A stretch of 64,000 nt of DNA, taken from a virus. The stretch lies in the IMG/VR virus record IMGVR_UViG_3300009183_005911, positions 4,322-68,321 of that record. The stretch is one strand, 5' to 3'. Below are positions 1-8,812 of this stretch, piece by piece (within the stretch, counting starts at the first letter, position 1; each line of letters starts with the position of its first letter). The notes under the pieces were generated by a model. It ran no database searches and had not been told where the DNA came from. It was given only the letters and a program-made list of their open reading frames with translations. A program made the position numbers and the translations under genes.

Positions 1-2
1 TG

Positions 3-287
3 TCTTTAGGCGGTGAAGGTGAATACTGTAACCCGTCTGTAGAGAATATTTCACGTGAGGTATTTCTTGCAATGGAGATTTTATTTGATGAAGTCTATAA
101 AAATGCTAAAACCGGTTTAAAGATTCATAGAGTTACCATTTATGAAACTCCTAATTGTTGGACAGAAGTTAAAGCAGCTAGTATCACAGATAGAGAAAGA
201 GACAATTTTAGGGGAGCAAGATTTAATGAAATTAAAGCTTACGCTGATGCTAAGGGCGTATTAGAATATGACGACAGGAAAATTTAA
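3..287 (+). CDS. queD: 6-carboxytetrahydropterin synthase QueD, 3' part (5' end outside window)
   Basis: Frame is open from base 3: SLGGEGEYCNPSVENISREVF...IHRVTIYETPNCWTEV. This matches the NP(T/S)xEN and YETP motifs of QueD/PTPS. Next to queE and queC. Confidence 0.8.
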   Translation, partial: SLGGEGEYCNPSVENISREVFLAMEILFDEVYKNAKTGLKIHRVTIYETPNCWTEVKAASITDRERDNFRGARFNEIKAYADAKGVLEYDDRKI

Positions 288-555
288 AAAAAATCAAGAG
301 AAGTCTCGACGTAAAATACTTTTTGAAGAGTATAGAGAGAATAATCCTTATATTCCTACCGATGAGGAAATACAAGAGAATAATAGCTATTGGGATATTG
401 ATTACTTAGAAGAAGCTAATGCTAAAACTAACAAAGCTATTAAGTATTGGCAAGAAAGGTATGCTAATGCATCTAGCAATATGGGAAAATGGTATTGCCA
501 AATACGAATTGATAGGTTAAGAAAGAAGCTACATCATTATGTAGATAAAAAATAA
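268..555 (+). CDS. hypothetical protein
   Basis: 95-aa ORF in a tightly packed operon; no recognisable motif. Confidence 0.55.
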   Translation: MTTGKFKKNQEKSRRKILFEEYRENNPYIPTDEEIQENNSYWDIDYLEEANAKTNKAIKYWQERYANASSNMGKWYCQIRIDRLRKKLHHYVDKK

Positions 556-585
556 TTTAATTACAATAAAACATGGAGGTTAACT

Positions 586-780
586 ATGAAATGTTTAAAG
601 AGTACAAAAACAGGAGAAATCATTAGAGTATCTGATGAAAAAGCCTATACAGCTACTAGGGAGTGGCAATTTATTCCTAAATCAGAGTGGAAAGCTCAAT
701 TTAAAAGAGCAGTACCGGAAATAAAAGAAGAAGCGGTTGAAAAAACTATCTCAGAAAAGCAATTAAAACGTAAAAAATAA
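586..780 (+). CDS. hypothetical small basic protein
   Basis: 64-aa ORF with GGAGG upstream; stop overlaps the queE start. Confidence 0.6.
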   Translation: MKCLKSTKTGEIIRVSDEKAYTATREWQFIPKSEWKAQFKRAVPEIKEEAVEKTISEKQLKRKK

Positions 781-1619
781 TGAGCAAGATAGATCCAAAT
801 AAGTTACTTATTAGTAGTGACTTTTATACAGTACAGGGGGAAGGTATTTCATCTGGTATTCCATCGTACTTCGTTCGTTTAGGTATTTGTAACCTAACGT
901 GCGGTATGTCTCGTGCATTTACCAATCAACTAGAGAAAGAACAGAAGTTAGAAGACGGTGAAATCTTTGTAGGCGACTTGCATGCAGAGGGTAAAGCTAC
1001 TTGGACTTGTGATTCAACAAGCCAATGGTTATGGAGAGGTGAAGATAAAGAATTCGATTATTTAATTAATCGTTGGAAAGAAGAAGGAGTATATGAAGAT
1101 ATTAAAAATGGTTTAGTTCATATTATTTGGACTGGTGGTGAACCAACAATTAAAGGACATCAAGAATCAATTATTAATTTTACTAACTATTGGATGTCAA
1201 GATATCTTGATAGAAATGATGTTCATCCATTCTATGAAATTGAAACTAATGGTACTATAGTAATAGATGTTAAGTTATTTAATATGCTAGATCAAATTAA
1301 CTGCTCACCTAAATTATCTAATTCAGGTATGACAGCTAAACAACGTATTGTACCAGAGGCAATTGAGCGTATTAAACAACATAAAAACTATCAATTTAAG
1401 TTTGTTATTAGTACTGAGGAAGATGTACAAGAGTTGTTTAGAGATTTCGTTGAACCATTTAATATACCGCTTAAAAACGTTGTTTGTATGCCAGGTTTAG
1501 ATGATGCTTCTAACTTTGAAGAACGTACTCGTTTTGTAATGGAGATGGCTAAGAAGTATAGATTTAGAGGATTGACTAGATTGCATATTGCAGCATGGAA
1601 TAAAACATTAAACGTATAA
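780..1619 (+). CDS. queE: 7-carboxy-7-deazaguanine synthase QueE (radical SAM)
   Basis: FYTVQGEG, FVRLGICNLTC...(insertion)...CDS, WTGGEP, EIETNG, SPKL, QFKFV, RLH motifs. Confidence 0.9.
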   Translation: MSKIDPNKLLISSDFYTVQGEGISSGIPSYFVRLGICNLTCGMSRAFTNQLEKEQKLEDGEIFVGDLHAEGKATWTCDSTSQWLWRGEDKEFDYLINRWKEEGVYEDIKNGLVHIIWTGGEPTIKGHQESIINFTNYWMSRYLDRNDVHPFYEIETNGTIVIDVKLFNMLDQINCSPKLSNSGMTAKQRIVPEAIERIKQHKNYQFKFVISTEEDVQELFRDFVEPFNIPLKNVVCMPGLDDASNFEERTRFVMEMAKKYRFRGLTRLHIAAWNKTLNV

Positions 1620-1622
1620 TAT

Positions 1623-1904
1623 ATGGAAGCTTATATTTGCAAGTATTGTGGTAAAGATACCTCAGAAGTAGATTACGATTACTTAAGTAATTATGATCAT
1701 TTATCTTGTGCTTTAGAGCAAGAACAAAAACAACAGTATGTTAAAATGGAATATGGTCCTGGTGATAATGTTATAGATAGGCCAATTTCTTTAGATTCTC
1801 ATAGACATTCCTTTACAGTATCTGAATACACAGTTTTAAGTACTCCTAATGATCAAGAGTTGGGAGCTAAAGTAAGAGAGTTATATTATGAAAACAACAG
1901 CTAA
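1623..1904 (+). CDS. hypothetical protein with N-terminal CxxC
   Basis: CKYCGKD...HLSC, possibly Zn-binding. Confidence 0.55.
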   Translation: MEAYICKYCGKDTSEVDYDYLSNYDHLSCALEQEQKQQYVKMEYGPGDNVIDRPISLDSHRHSFTVSEYTVLSTPNDQELGAKVRELYYENNS

Positions 1905-2139
1905 AGATTTTTACGAAGCAATCAAGCACGCAGGTGCTGGTAGTTTATATTTTCTTGTCCATAAAAAAGATAAGCCAGATGAGTTTGTTTTTGAACCTCT
2001 CGTACTTGATACAAAAGACGAAAATTTAACTATCAAAATTTTACAAAGAACGATGGAACGTCCCGATTTTATAGCTTTCCCTGGTACGCCTGAAGCCTAT
2101 GACTTTATGAATGAAGTTGTTGATACAAATAAAAAATAG
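1888..2139 (+). CDS. hypothetical protein
   Basis: 83-aa ORF in operon. Confidence 0.55.
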   Translation: MKTTAKDFYEAIKHAGAGSLYFLVHKKDKPDEFVFEPLVLDTKDENLTIKILQRTMERPDFIAFPGTPEAYDFMNEVVDTNKK

Positions 2140-2147
2140 TATCTTTA
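2117..2147 (+). promoter_or_regulatory. Bacteroidota-sigma-type promoter TTG-N20-TATCTTTA
   Basis: One of at least 19 copies with exact 20-nt spacing; resembles the TTTG/TAnnTTTG -33/-7 consensus. Confidence 0.6.
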
Positions 2148-2151
2148 TATT

Positions 2152-2358
2152 ATGACAATAACATTCACACAGGAGCATTTATACGTAGGTATTATAATAG
2201 TACTCGTAATAATTCAACTATACCAGCAAAAGATTATTAAAAAGTTAGAAAAAGAGTGTGATGATATTTGGTCGCAATTAGGAACTCTAGTAGGTAGCCT
2301 TACTACACAAATATTATCCTTGCAGAAAGATATTAATAGTAAGCAAGATAAAAAATAA
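2152..2358 (+). CDS. small membrane-anchored coiled-coil protein
   Basis: N-terminal hydrophobic helix LYVGIIIVLVIIQLY followed by a heptad-like region. Confidence 0.55.
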   Translation: MTITFTQEHLYVGIIIVLVIIQLYQQKIIKKLEKECDDIWSQLGTLVGSLTTQILSLQKDINSKQDKK

Positions 2359-2359
2359 T

Positions 2360-2400
2360 TCGGTTATAGAGCTAATCGATTCACAAAATAATACGCTCTA
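2360..2400 (+). promoter_or_regulatory. putative H-type pseudoknot in the queC leader
   Basis: TCGGTTA/TAATCGA stem; its loop TAGAGC is complementary to GCTCTA after an A-rich linker; ends 20 nt before the queC ATG. Confidence 0.4.
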
Positions 2401-2420
2401 AATTTTAACAATTTTTAAAC

Positions 2421-3263
2421 ATGAAAAAACAAGCAGTTTTATCATTATCAGGCGGACTAGATAGTAGTTCGTTACTGTTACACCTATTAGCTAACGGCTA
2501 TGAAGTAACAGCATTAGGTTTTGATTATGGTCAAAAACACAAAGTAGAATTAGAGCGTGCTAAATCATTAGTACAGTACATTAACGATGGTTATGATTCT
2601 GAAGCAGAAAATATACCATATTACAAAGTAAAACATCAAATTATCAAATTAGATGGTTTATCTCAATTATTAAATTCAACTCTAGTTGAAGGCGGTAAAG
2701 ATGTACCTGAAGGACATTACGAACAAGACAACATGAAAGATACTGTGGTACCTAATCGTAATAAAATCTTCGCTTCATTAATTCAAGCAGTAGCTTTATC
2801 AATTGCCACTAGACCTATTAACGAAGATTGTTCTATTGGTCAAGAAGTAGTTATTGCAATGGGTATTCACGCAGGTGATCATGCAATCTACCCTGACTGT
2901 CGTCAAGATTTTAGAGATGCTGACTTCGATGCATTTATTATTGGTAACTGGAATGCTGAATTAGTATCAGTATATACCCCTTATTTAGAAGTAAACAAAT
3001 TCGAAATATTAGAGGATGGTTTGAAATGCTGCGAACAATTAGGTTTAGACTTTGACGAAGTATACAAACGTACAAATACATCTTATAAGCCATACCCTTC
3101 AGGTAACAGCGATTATAAATCAGCTGCTTCTGTAGAGCGTATTGAAGCATTTATCAAACTAGGTCGTCCTGATCCTGTACAGTATGAAGACGAAACAGGT
3201 CCTGTAGACTATGAAACAGCAAGAATATATGTAGAACAAGTATTATCGGAATATAAAAAATAA
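2421..3263 (+). CDS. queC: 7-cyano-7-deazaguanine (preQ0) synthase QueC
   Basis: SGGLDS PP-loop, DYGQKH, VPNRN, YPDC; C-terminal Zn-binding cysteines are absent. Confidence 0.93.
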   Translation: MKKQAVLSLSGGLDSSSLLLHLLANGYEVTALGFDYGQKHKVELERAKSLVQYINDGYDSEAENIPYYKVKHQIIKLDGLSQLLNSTLVEGGKDVPEGHYEQDNMKDTVVPNRNKIFASLIQAVALSIATRPINEDCSIGQEVVIAMGIHAGDHAIYPDCRQDFRDADFDAFIIGNWNAELVSVYTPYLEVNKFEILEDGLKCCEQLGLDFDEVYKRTNTSYKPYPSGNSDYKSAASVERIEAFIKLGRPDPVQYEDETGPVDYETARIYVEQVLSEYKK

Positions 3264-3266
3264 ATT

Positions 3267-4046
3267 ATGCCTTTAATTTCACACGAAATACCGAAAACTC
3301 TATTTAACCGTCACGATGAGGTAAGTGATTACCCTTATGTATTAGGGCACTTATTAAGCTTAGATACAGAATATGCTGACTTTTATAAAGAAAAGCTTAA
3401 AACAGCCGATTACTCTATATTAGATAATTCAGCATTTGAATTAGGTAAGTCTATACCGATGGGAGAACTTTATGGGTTGGGTAAGGAATATAAACCTACC
3501 CATCTCGTACTTCCTGATGTAGTTAATAACCACAAGCAAACTTTAGATAATGCAAAAGAGTATTTAACAAACTTTAAAGTAGAAGGTCAACAGTATATCG
3601 GAGTTTGTCAAGGAGATACCTTTGAAGAAATTGCTGATTGTATAGACTACTACTTAACTGAGAGGATAGATATTATTGCATTACCTTTCGATTTAGTTAA
3701 AGAGTCAGATTACGTAACAGTAAGATTTAGATTCTTAAACTGGTGGTATGAGAATAGATTCAATATGGGGATTGGTAAACCTAAATTTCACCTATTAGGA
3801 TGTCAAAATCCAGTAGAGTTTATCTTAATTAATAATCTTAGTATCGCTCTTAGAGGACTTATCTACTCATTAGATACTAGTTCTCCAGTTATTAACGGGT
3901 GGGAAGGAAATAAACTAGGTCCTCATGGGTTGATAGAACCTAAACCAAAAGTAAAACTTGCAGATAATTTAGATATTAAATTGTCAGAAAACCAAATAGA
4001 CCTTATTTTTAGAAATATAAAAACATTCAGAAGCTATGTCAGTTAG
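3267..4046 (+). CDS. dpdA: TGT-fold guanine transglycosylase, DpdA-like (possibly DpdA3 type)
   Basis: ILDNSAFE, LPDV, GVCQG, FHLLGC and SLDTSSP correspond to TGT/DpdA D-S-G-A-F, H-x-LG and S-x-D-S-S motifs; lies between queC and queF. Confidence 0.7.
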   Translation: MPLISHEIPKTLFNRHDEVSDYPYVLGHLLSLDTEYADFYKEKLKTADYSILDNSAFELGKSIPMGELYGLGKEYKPTHLVLPDVVNNHKQTLDNAKEYLTNFKVEGQQYIGVCQGDTFEEIADCIDYYLTERIDIIALPFDLVKESDYVTVRFRFLNWWYENRFNMGIGKPKFHLLGCQNPVEFILINNLSIALRGLIYSLDTSSPVINGWEGNKLGPHGLIEPKPKVKLADNLDIKLSENQIDLIFRNIKTFRSYVS

Positions 4047-4953
4047 TAACATGTCAGAAGTAGCTGCAAAAACCTTAGGGTCAGCTAATTCCTACGCAGT
4101 ATACACGGATCAGTTCGATCCAAGTCAATTAAACCCTATGCCAAGAGCATTAGCACGCGGTGATTGGGGTATTAAAGGAGATGAATTTGTAGGTTATGAT
4201 ACGTGGCATTGTCACGAAGCAACCTTTTTGCTAAACAACGGTTTACCTATTGCAGGTACGTTAAAAATTGTATGTCCTGCTAGTTCAGAGTTTATGGTAG
4301 AGTCTAAATCGTTTAAATTGTATCTAAACACGTTTGATATGTGTAAGATGGGCGATAAAATTCACGAAGCTATTGAAAATTATGAAAATCAAGTAGCAAA
4401 GGATATTAGCGAGTGTATTCAAGCTGAAGCTAAAGTATCTTTCTTTAAAGAAGGAGATCAAAAACTATACGAAGAGAATCCAGGTGAAGGATATTACGAT
4501 TTGTTTCAATTAATCGGGTTTAAAACTTTACAAGAGATGCAGATTGGTGATTATGCCGGTAAAGAAAATCACTTTAAAATTATACCTGCAGAAACATCTG
4601 ATGATGTCTATGTAATGACAGGTATTTTAAGATCAAGATGCAGACACACTAAGCAAAAAGATACAGGTGCTGCTTACTTTCACATCACTACTAAAAAAGG
4701 ACGTGTAGATTTAGAGGGATTACTAAAAGAAGTAATTGCATTACGCGAGGTAAATGAGTTTCATGAGTTTTGTAGTGAGAAGTTATTTAAAGCTATTACA
4801 GCAAAACCTGAAGTGGAAGATTGCGTAGTGATGTTGTTATATTCAAGAAGAGGTTCATTAGATATTAACCCTGTTCGTGCAACTAGAGAGGAATTAATTC
4901 CACGTGCTTTAATCGATACAGGCTACTATACCACAAAAGCAATGGGACAGTAA
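4036..4953 (+). CDS. queF: NADPH-dependent preQ0 reductase QueF (two-domain type)
   Basis: VESKSFKLYLN QueF motif, LRSRC..TKQKD, EFHEFCSE, YSRRGSLDINP. Confidence 0.9.
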   Translation: MSVSNMSEVAAKTLGSANSYAVYTDQFDPSQLNPMPRALARGDWGIKGDEFVGYDTWHCHEATFLLNNGLPIAGTLKIVCPASSEFMVESKSFKLYLNTFDMCKMGDKIHEAIENYENQVAKDISECIQAEAKVSFFKEGDQKLYEENPGEGYYDLFQLIGFKTLQEMQIGDYAGKENHFKIIPAETSDDVYVMTGILRSRCRHTKQKDTGAAYFHITTKKGRVDLEGLLKEVIALREVNEFHEFCSEKLFKAITAKPEVEDCVVMLLYSRRGSLDINPVRATREELIPRALIDTGYYTTKAMGQ

Positions 4954-5522
4954 TGAAAGTATTAGAGAATTGGGGAGTGCTTATATCTCAGACTGGTTCT
5001 GAAGTAGTAGCTATTAGTGAAAAGCTTGGGATTCTCCCTAGTTTAATTGTAACTAATAACATTACAAAGATATCACCGAGAAACATGGAGATCTTTGGGG
5101 AAAATAACGTAGAGATACGTAATATACCCTTTAAACCCTCGGTAGTAGATTACCTACGTACAAGGATTAATTTAAAGAAGTTAATTACCTTACACGGTTA
5201 CTTAAGAATACTCCCTGAAAGCTTGTTTACGCACTTAGAATGTGAAATTTATAACGGACATCCAGGGTTAATTACTGTGTATCCGGAATTAAAAGGATTT
5301 AATAAGCAAGAAGACGTTGCCGGAAATCAAGAAAAGTATCCATACTGTGGATCTGTAGTTCATAAGGTGATTCCGGAATTAGATGCTGGCGAGATTGTAT
5401 CAGCTTATCAAGTTGTAAATAGAGCGAATACTATAGATGAGGCTTATGCCATACTCCGAGAGACCTCTCTAAATTCTTGGATACATTTCTTTACTAATAT
5501 TTGGAAGTTTGATGAAAAGTAG
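4953..5522 (+). CDS. PurN-like formyltransferase, probable dPreQ1 formyltransferase (DpdN-like)
   Basis: LHGYLRIL, YNGHPGL and GSVVHKV..ELDAGEI formyl-THF transferase motifs; directly after queF. Confidence 0.75.
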   Translation: MKVLENWGVLISQTGSEVVAISEKLGILPSLIVTNNITKISPRNMEIFGENNVEIRNIPFKPSVVDYLRTRINLKKLITLHGYLRILPESLFTHLECEIYNGHPGLITVYPELKGFNKQEDVAGNQEKYPYCGSVVHKVIPELDAGEIVSAYQVVNRANTIDEAYAILRETSLNSWIHFFTNIWKFDEK

Positions 5523-5531
5523 TTATTTTTA
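5501..5531 (+). promoter_or_regulatory. promoter TTG-N20-TATTTTTA
   Basis: Exact spacing; upstream of the kinase gene. Confidence 0.5.
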
Positions 5532-5544
5532 CTAAAAGACACTT

Positions 5545-6054
5545 ATGAAGATATTGATAGGATCGCATGGAACTGGTAAAACTACCTTATTAAAAGAGGT
5601 ATCTACCAGATTTCCTGATTATTACGTTACGGACGGGTTTTCTCGTCCTGTATTAAAGATTGGTAGAATGTTAGAGCTATCTAACGACGAGAAGCAGTAT
5701 GCAATTAATGAGTTATCCGCTTGGGCTTACCAAAACTACTTAACTCATAAGAATGTAATTAGTACTCGGAGCTTAGTTGACTGTATTATCTACTCGAAAA
5801 TACTTTCACCTGAAGTAAATATAGACGAGATTAAAGCTTTATTTGAAGCGACTAAAGATCAGGTAGAGTACTTTTTCTATATTCCTATTGAATTTGATTT
5901 TGTAGACGATCCTGATAGATTGAGTCATGAATTACAGGTTAAGATTGACGGGATTATACAGAAATTTATAAAGAGTTATATACCTGAAGAAAAAGTCATA
6001 ACTTTAACAGGTACAGTAGAAGAACGTTTAGAGCAGATTTCAAAATACTTATAA
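5545..6054 (+). CDS. P-loop (AAA_28-like) nucleoside monophosphate kinase-like protein
   Basis: Walker A GSHGTGKTT, STRSLVD, DxxR, GTVEERL; NMP-kinase-like layout. Confidence 0.7.
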   Translation: MKILIGSHGTGKTTLLKEVSTRFPDYYVTDGFSRPVLKIGRMLELSNDEKQYAINELSAWAYQNYLTHKNVISTRSLVDCIIYSKILSPEVNIDEIKALFEATKDQVEYFFYIPIEFDFVDDPDRLSHELQVKIDGIIQKFIKSYIPEEKVITLTGTVEERLEQISKYL

Positions 6055-6062
6055 TATACAAT

Positions 6063-6771
6063 ATGACAAGAAATAAAAATATAGATATTGATAGTTTAAC
6101 TTGCTAAAGCAGGTTGTGCTAACGGTATTAGTACTCAATTACAAGAAGCTATTAAAAAAGGTGCTCCTGGATTAAGTGAAGAAGATAAGCATGCTATTAT
6201 TATAGAAGCAGCTGGACATTACGGTAGTTTTCTAACTGCACTTGGTGTAGATTGGGCAAATGATCCTAATAGCTCTAATACTCCAATGAGAGTAGCTAAA
6301 GCTTATGTAAACGACTTATGGAGAGGTAGATATGAGCATTTAAGCTCTGTTACTTCGTTTCCTTCTGACGGTTACGACGGGGTAGTATTCGAAGGAGGTA
6401 TTCCTATTACGAGTATGTGTTCTCATCATCATCAGACTATTAACGGTCTATGCCATATTGCTTATGTACCTACTTTAGAAGGTAGAGTAGTAGGCTTAAG
6501 TAAGCTAAATCGTATCGTAGAACACTTTAGTAGAAGAGGTGCTATTCAAGAGCAATTAACTGTAGCTATTCACAATGCAGTAGATAAGATTTGCGAAGAT
6601 AATATCGGTGTTGCAGTAATGATTGAAGCTACTCATAACTGTGTAAGTTGTAGAGGAGTTAAGCATCAAGGTGCTAGTATGAAAACATCTAAACTATCAG
6701 GATGCTTCTTAAATGAAGATTCAGCTAGATTAGAATTTTATGAATTTGCTAAAGGATACCCACGTAGATAA
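6063..6771 (+). CDS. folE: GTP cyclohydrolase I FolE (apparent frameshift near 6098)
   Basis: NTPMRVAK, SMCSHHH, GLSKLNR, IQEQLT, HNCVSCRG. The ATG at 6063 is in a different frame from the reading frame that opens at 6100. Confidence 0.9.
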
Positions 6772-6938
6772 TGAAATCACAAGGACTAGGCGATACTATC
6801 GCAAAGATAACGAAGTTTTTTTATATTGATAAATTAGCAGATAAGATTGCTCACTTATTAGGTTATGAAGATTGCGGTTGTACTAGAAGAAAGACAACTT
6901 TAAATAAGTTATTTCCATATACAAAGAAGAAAAAATGA
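6771..6938 (+). CDS. small hypothetical protein (55 aa, not in ORF track)
   Basis: MKSQGLGDTIAKITKFFYIDKLADKIAHLLGYEDCGCTRRKTTLNKLFPYTKKKK; overlaps the neighbouring stop and start codons. Confidence 0.65.
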   Translation: MKSQGLGDTIAKITKFFYIDKLADKIAHLLGYEDCGCTRRKTTLNKLFPYTKKKK

Positions 6939-7120
6939 TAATAGTAGATTTACAAAAATATAAGAGCATTGAACACGCCCTTAAGGTGTATAAACAAAAG
7001 CACAATAAGATAGGCACGGTAAAGGAATTAAGAGAGAGGCAAGCTTTTACTAAACCTTCTGTTAAAAGAAGAGAAGAAGTACTAAACGCAAAATATAAAC
7101 AAAAAAAATACGGTAATTAG
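6935..7120 (+). CDS. rpsU: ribosomal protein bS21
   Basis: SIEHALKVYKQK...VKELRERQAFTKPSVKRR, a bS21 signature. Confidence 0.88.
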   Translation: MIIVDLQKYKSIEHALKVYKQKHNKIGTVKELRERQAFTKPSVKRREEVLNAKYKQKKYGN

Positions 7121-7122
7121 TT

Positions 7123-7629
7123 ATGTTAAACGCAGATCAAATAATAGAAAAAGGATTGCTTAAATTAGAGCAGTCTAAAGGTAAGAAAGCCCAAGTAGGT
7201 TACGATTTATCTCTACAGACTGTTAAACAAATTAGAGCTAATCCTCAAGATAAAATTGGAGTAGTGCTAAGGAATAGTACTTCTTTAGCTGGTTACTCTG
7301 ATATAGAGAAGGTACAGTTAGATGGCAATATGGGATGGCTATTATATCCTGGTACTTACGAAATTACTTTCTGGGAAGGATGTAAAATACCTTCAGATTA
7401 TGTAGGTTTAATTAGACAAAGATCTTCCCTATTAAGAAACGGTACCATTATTCATTCATCAGTATTCGATCCAGGATTTGAGACTGAGTTTATGGGATGT
7501 GTAATGAGAGTAAATGAGACTATCTTTATTGAAGAGGATGCTAGAGTTGCTCAAATATACTTTCACGGTTGCGTAGAAGTTAGTGAGTTATATAACGGTC
7601 AATTCCAAGGAGATAAACAGAGAGGTTAA
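7123..7629 (+). CDS. trimeric dUTPase / dCTP deaminase family protein
   Basis: GYDL, RSSLLRNG, FDPGF, RVAQI, YNGQFQG. Confidence 0.8.
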   Translation: MLNADQIIEKGLLKLEQSKGKKAQVGYDLSLQTVKQIRANPQDKIGVVLRNSTSLAGYSDIEKVQLDGNMGWLLYPGTYEITFWEGCKIPSDYVGLIRQRSSLLRNGTIIHSSVFDPGFETEFMGCVMRVNETIFIEEDARVAQIYFHGCVEVSELYNGQFQGDKQRG

Positions 7630-7790
7630 TGCAAGAAAAAGAATCACATACAAACTGGCATTTTAGAATTAGCATATTTAAATCAATATTGCGTATTTTA
7701 GCAGGTACTGCTTTAATATCAGAGTATGTAGCAACAGCAGGATGTTTTTTTATAGTAGCTGAAATATTAGGTATAATAGAAGAATTATAA
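7629..7790 (+). CDS. small membrane protein (53 aa, not in ORF track)
   Basis: MQEKESHTNWHFRISIFKSILRILAGTALISEYVATAGCFFIVAEILGIIEEL; fills the gap between neighbours. Confidence 0.6.
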   Translation: MQEKESHTNWHFRISIFKSILRILAGTALISEYVATAGCFFIVAEILGIIEEL

Positions 7791-7791
7791 T

Positions 7792-8811
7792 ATGAAACTA
7801 GAAAAATATAACAAATTAAAGCTTAGGCTAGAAGTTTTTAAGTTAGAGCAAAATTACTTGACTCTCGATAGAGTATTATATTACTTCTCTTTCTTAGGTA
7901 ATATCTTTTTAATTTACTTTGGATATTTCTTTGTAAAGTCTATTACAAACACCATACCTCCTTTATTTCCTTTTCAAGACATATTCTTTACATTCTTTGT
8001 AGCATTGTTCTTAACAGGATATGAATTAACAAAGAGATTTACATTAGAACAATTTTTTACAAGTATATTACAGGTTAAAAGACTTACTACTGGTATTTTC
8101 ATAGGCGGAATGATTTGCTCTTTTTTAATAGCAGGTAGCTTTTACTTATCTATCAAAGGAGCACATAGACTTGTTGATAATTCAGAAACAATAGCTATAG
8201 TAACAGACTCTACTATAGCTCTAAAACAAGATTCAATAGCAAAATATTATGATAAAGAAATTGCCTATTACCGTAGCCAACCTGGAAGGAGAAAGGCTGA
8301 CAGGATCTATAGAGATTCGGTTGTTAACTCTTTGCAGCAAACAAAGGATGCTAAAGTACAACAGCTTGAAGCGAAGACAGTTACCAAAGCGAGTACCGCT
8401 CTGGATAAGAATATGGAAAACTCAACTGCATTCCTCTTTATAACAATCTTCCTTGAGATGATTGTTTTAATAGGAGTTGGCTTTGATGCTTTTTATACGC
8501 TAGGAAGCTTTGAAGAGACTAAGAAGTTATTACAGACTCCTAAGTTTAAACAGTTGGAGCTTAATTTAAAATTACTTAAATTGTATTATCAGAACGGTAA
8601 AAAGATAGTAGGAGATCAAACTTTATCTTTTAATAAATTCCAATCCCTTGTACAGAATCAAAAAGTAGATTGCTCACAGAAGGATTTAAGGTCTTTCATT
8701 ATACTATGTCAGGAGTTAGATATTATTAAAGAGTTTAGAGGTAGGAAAAAGCAATTTATAATTTCTTATCAGGAAGCTAAAGATCTTTTAGAAAACCAGG
8801 AGGTAATATAA
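7792..8811 (+). CDS. multi-pass membrane protein of unknown function
   Basis: About 4 hydrophobic segments plus a coiled-coil loop. Confidence 0.65.
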   Translation: MKLEKYNKLKLRLEVFKLEQNYLTLDRVLYYFSFLGNIFLIYFGYFFVKSITNTIPPLFPFQDIFFTFFVALFLTGYELTKRFTLEQFFTSILQVKRLTTGIFIGGMICSFLIAGSFYLSIKGAHRLVDNSETIAIVTDSTIALKQDSIAKYYDKEIAYYRSQPGRRKADRIYRDSVVNSLQQTKDAKVQQLEAKTVTKASTALDKNMENSTAFLFITIFLEMIVLIGVGFDAFYTLGSFEETKKLLQTPKFKQLELNLKLLKLYYQNGKKIVGDQTLSFNKFQSLVQNQKVDCSQKDLRSFIILCQELDIIKEFRGRKKQFIISYQEAKDLLENQEVI

Positions 8812-8812
8812 A

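Noticed and set aside
3267-4046. tRNA-guanine transglycosylase for queuosine tRNA modification
   Set aside because: Too short, lacks the TGT Zn-binding C-terminus, and no queA/queG/queH is present; the context favours DNA modification.
4953-5522. purN as a purine-biosynthesis auxiliary gene
   Set aside because: No other pur genes are present and it is coupled to queF, so a preQ1 formyltransferase role is more parsimonious.
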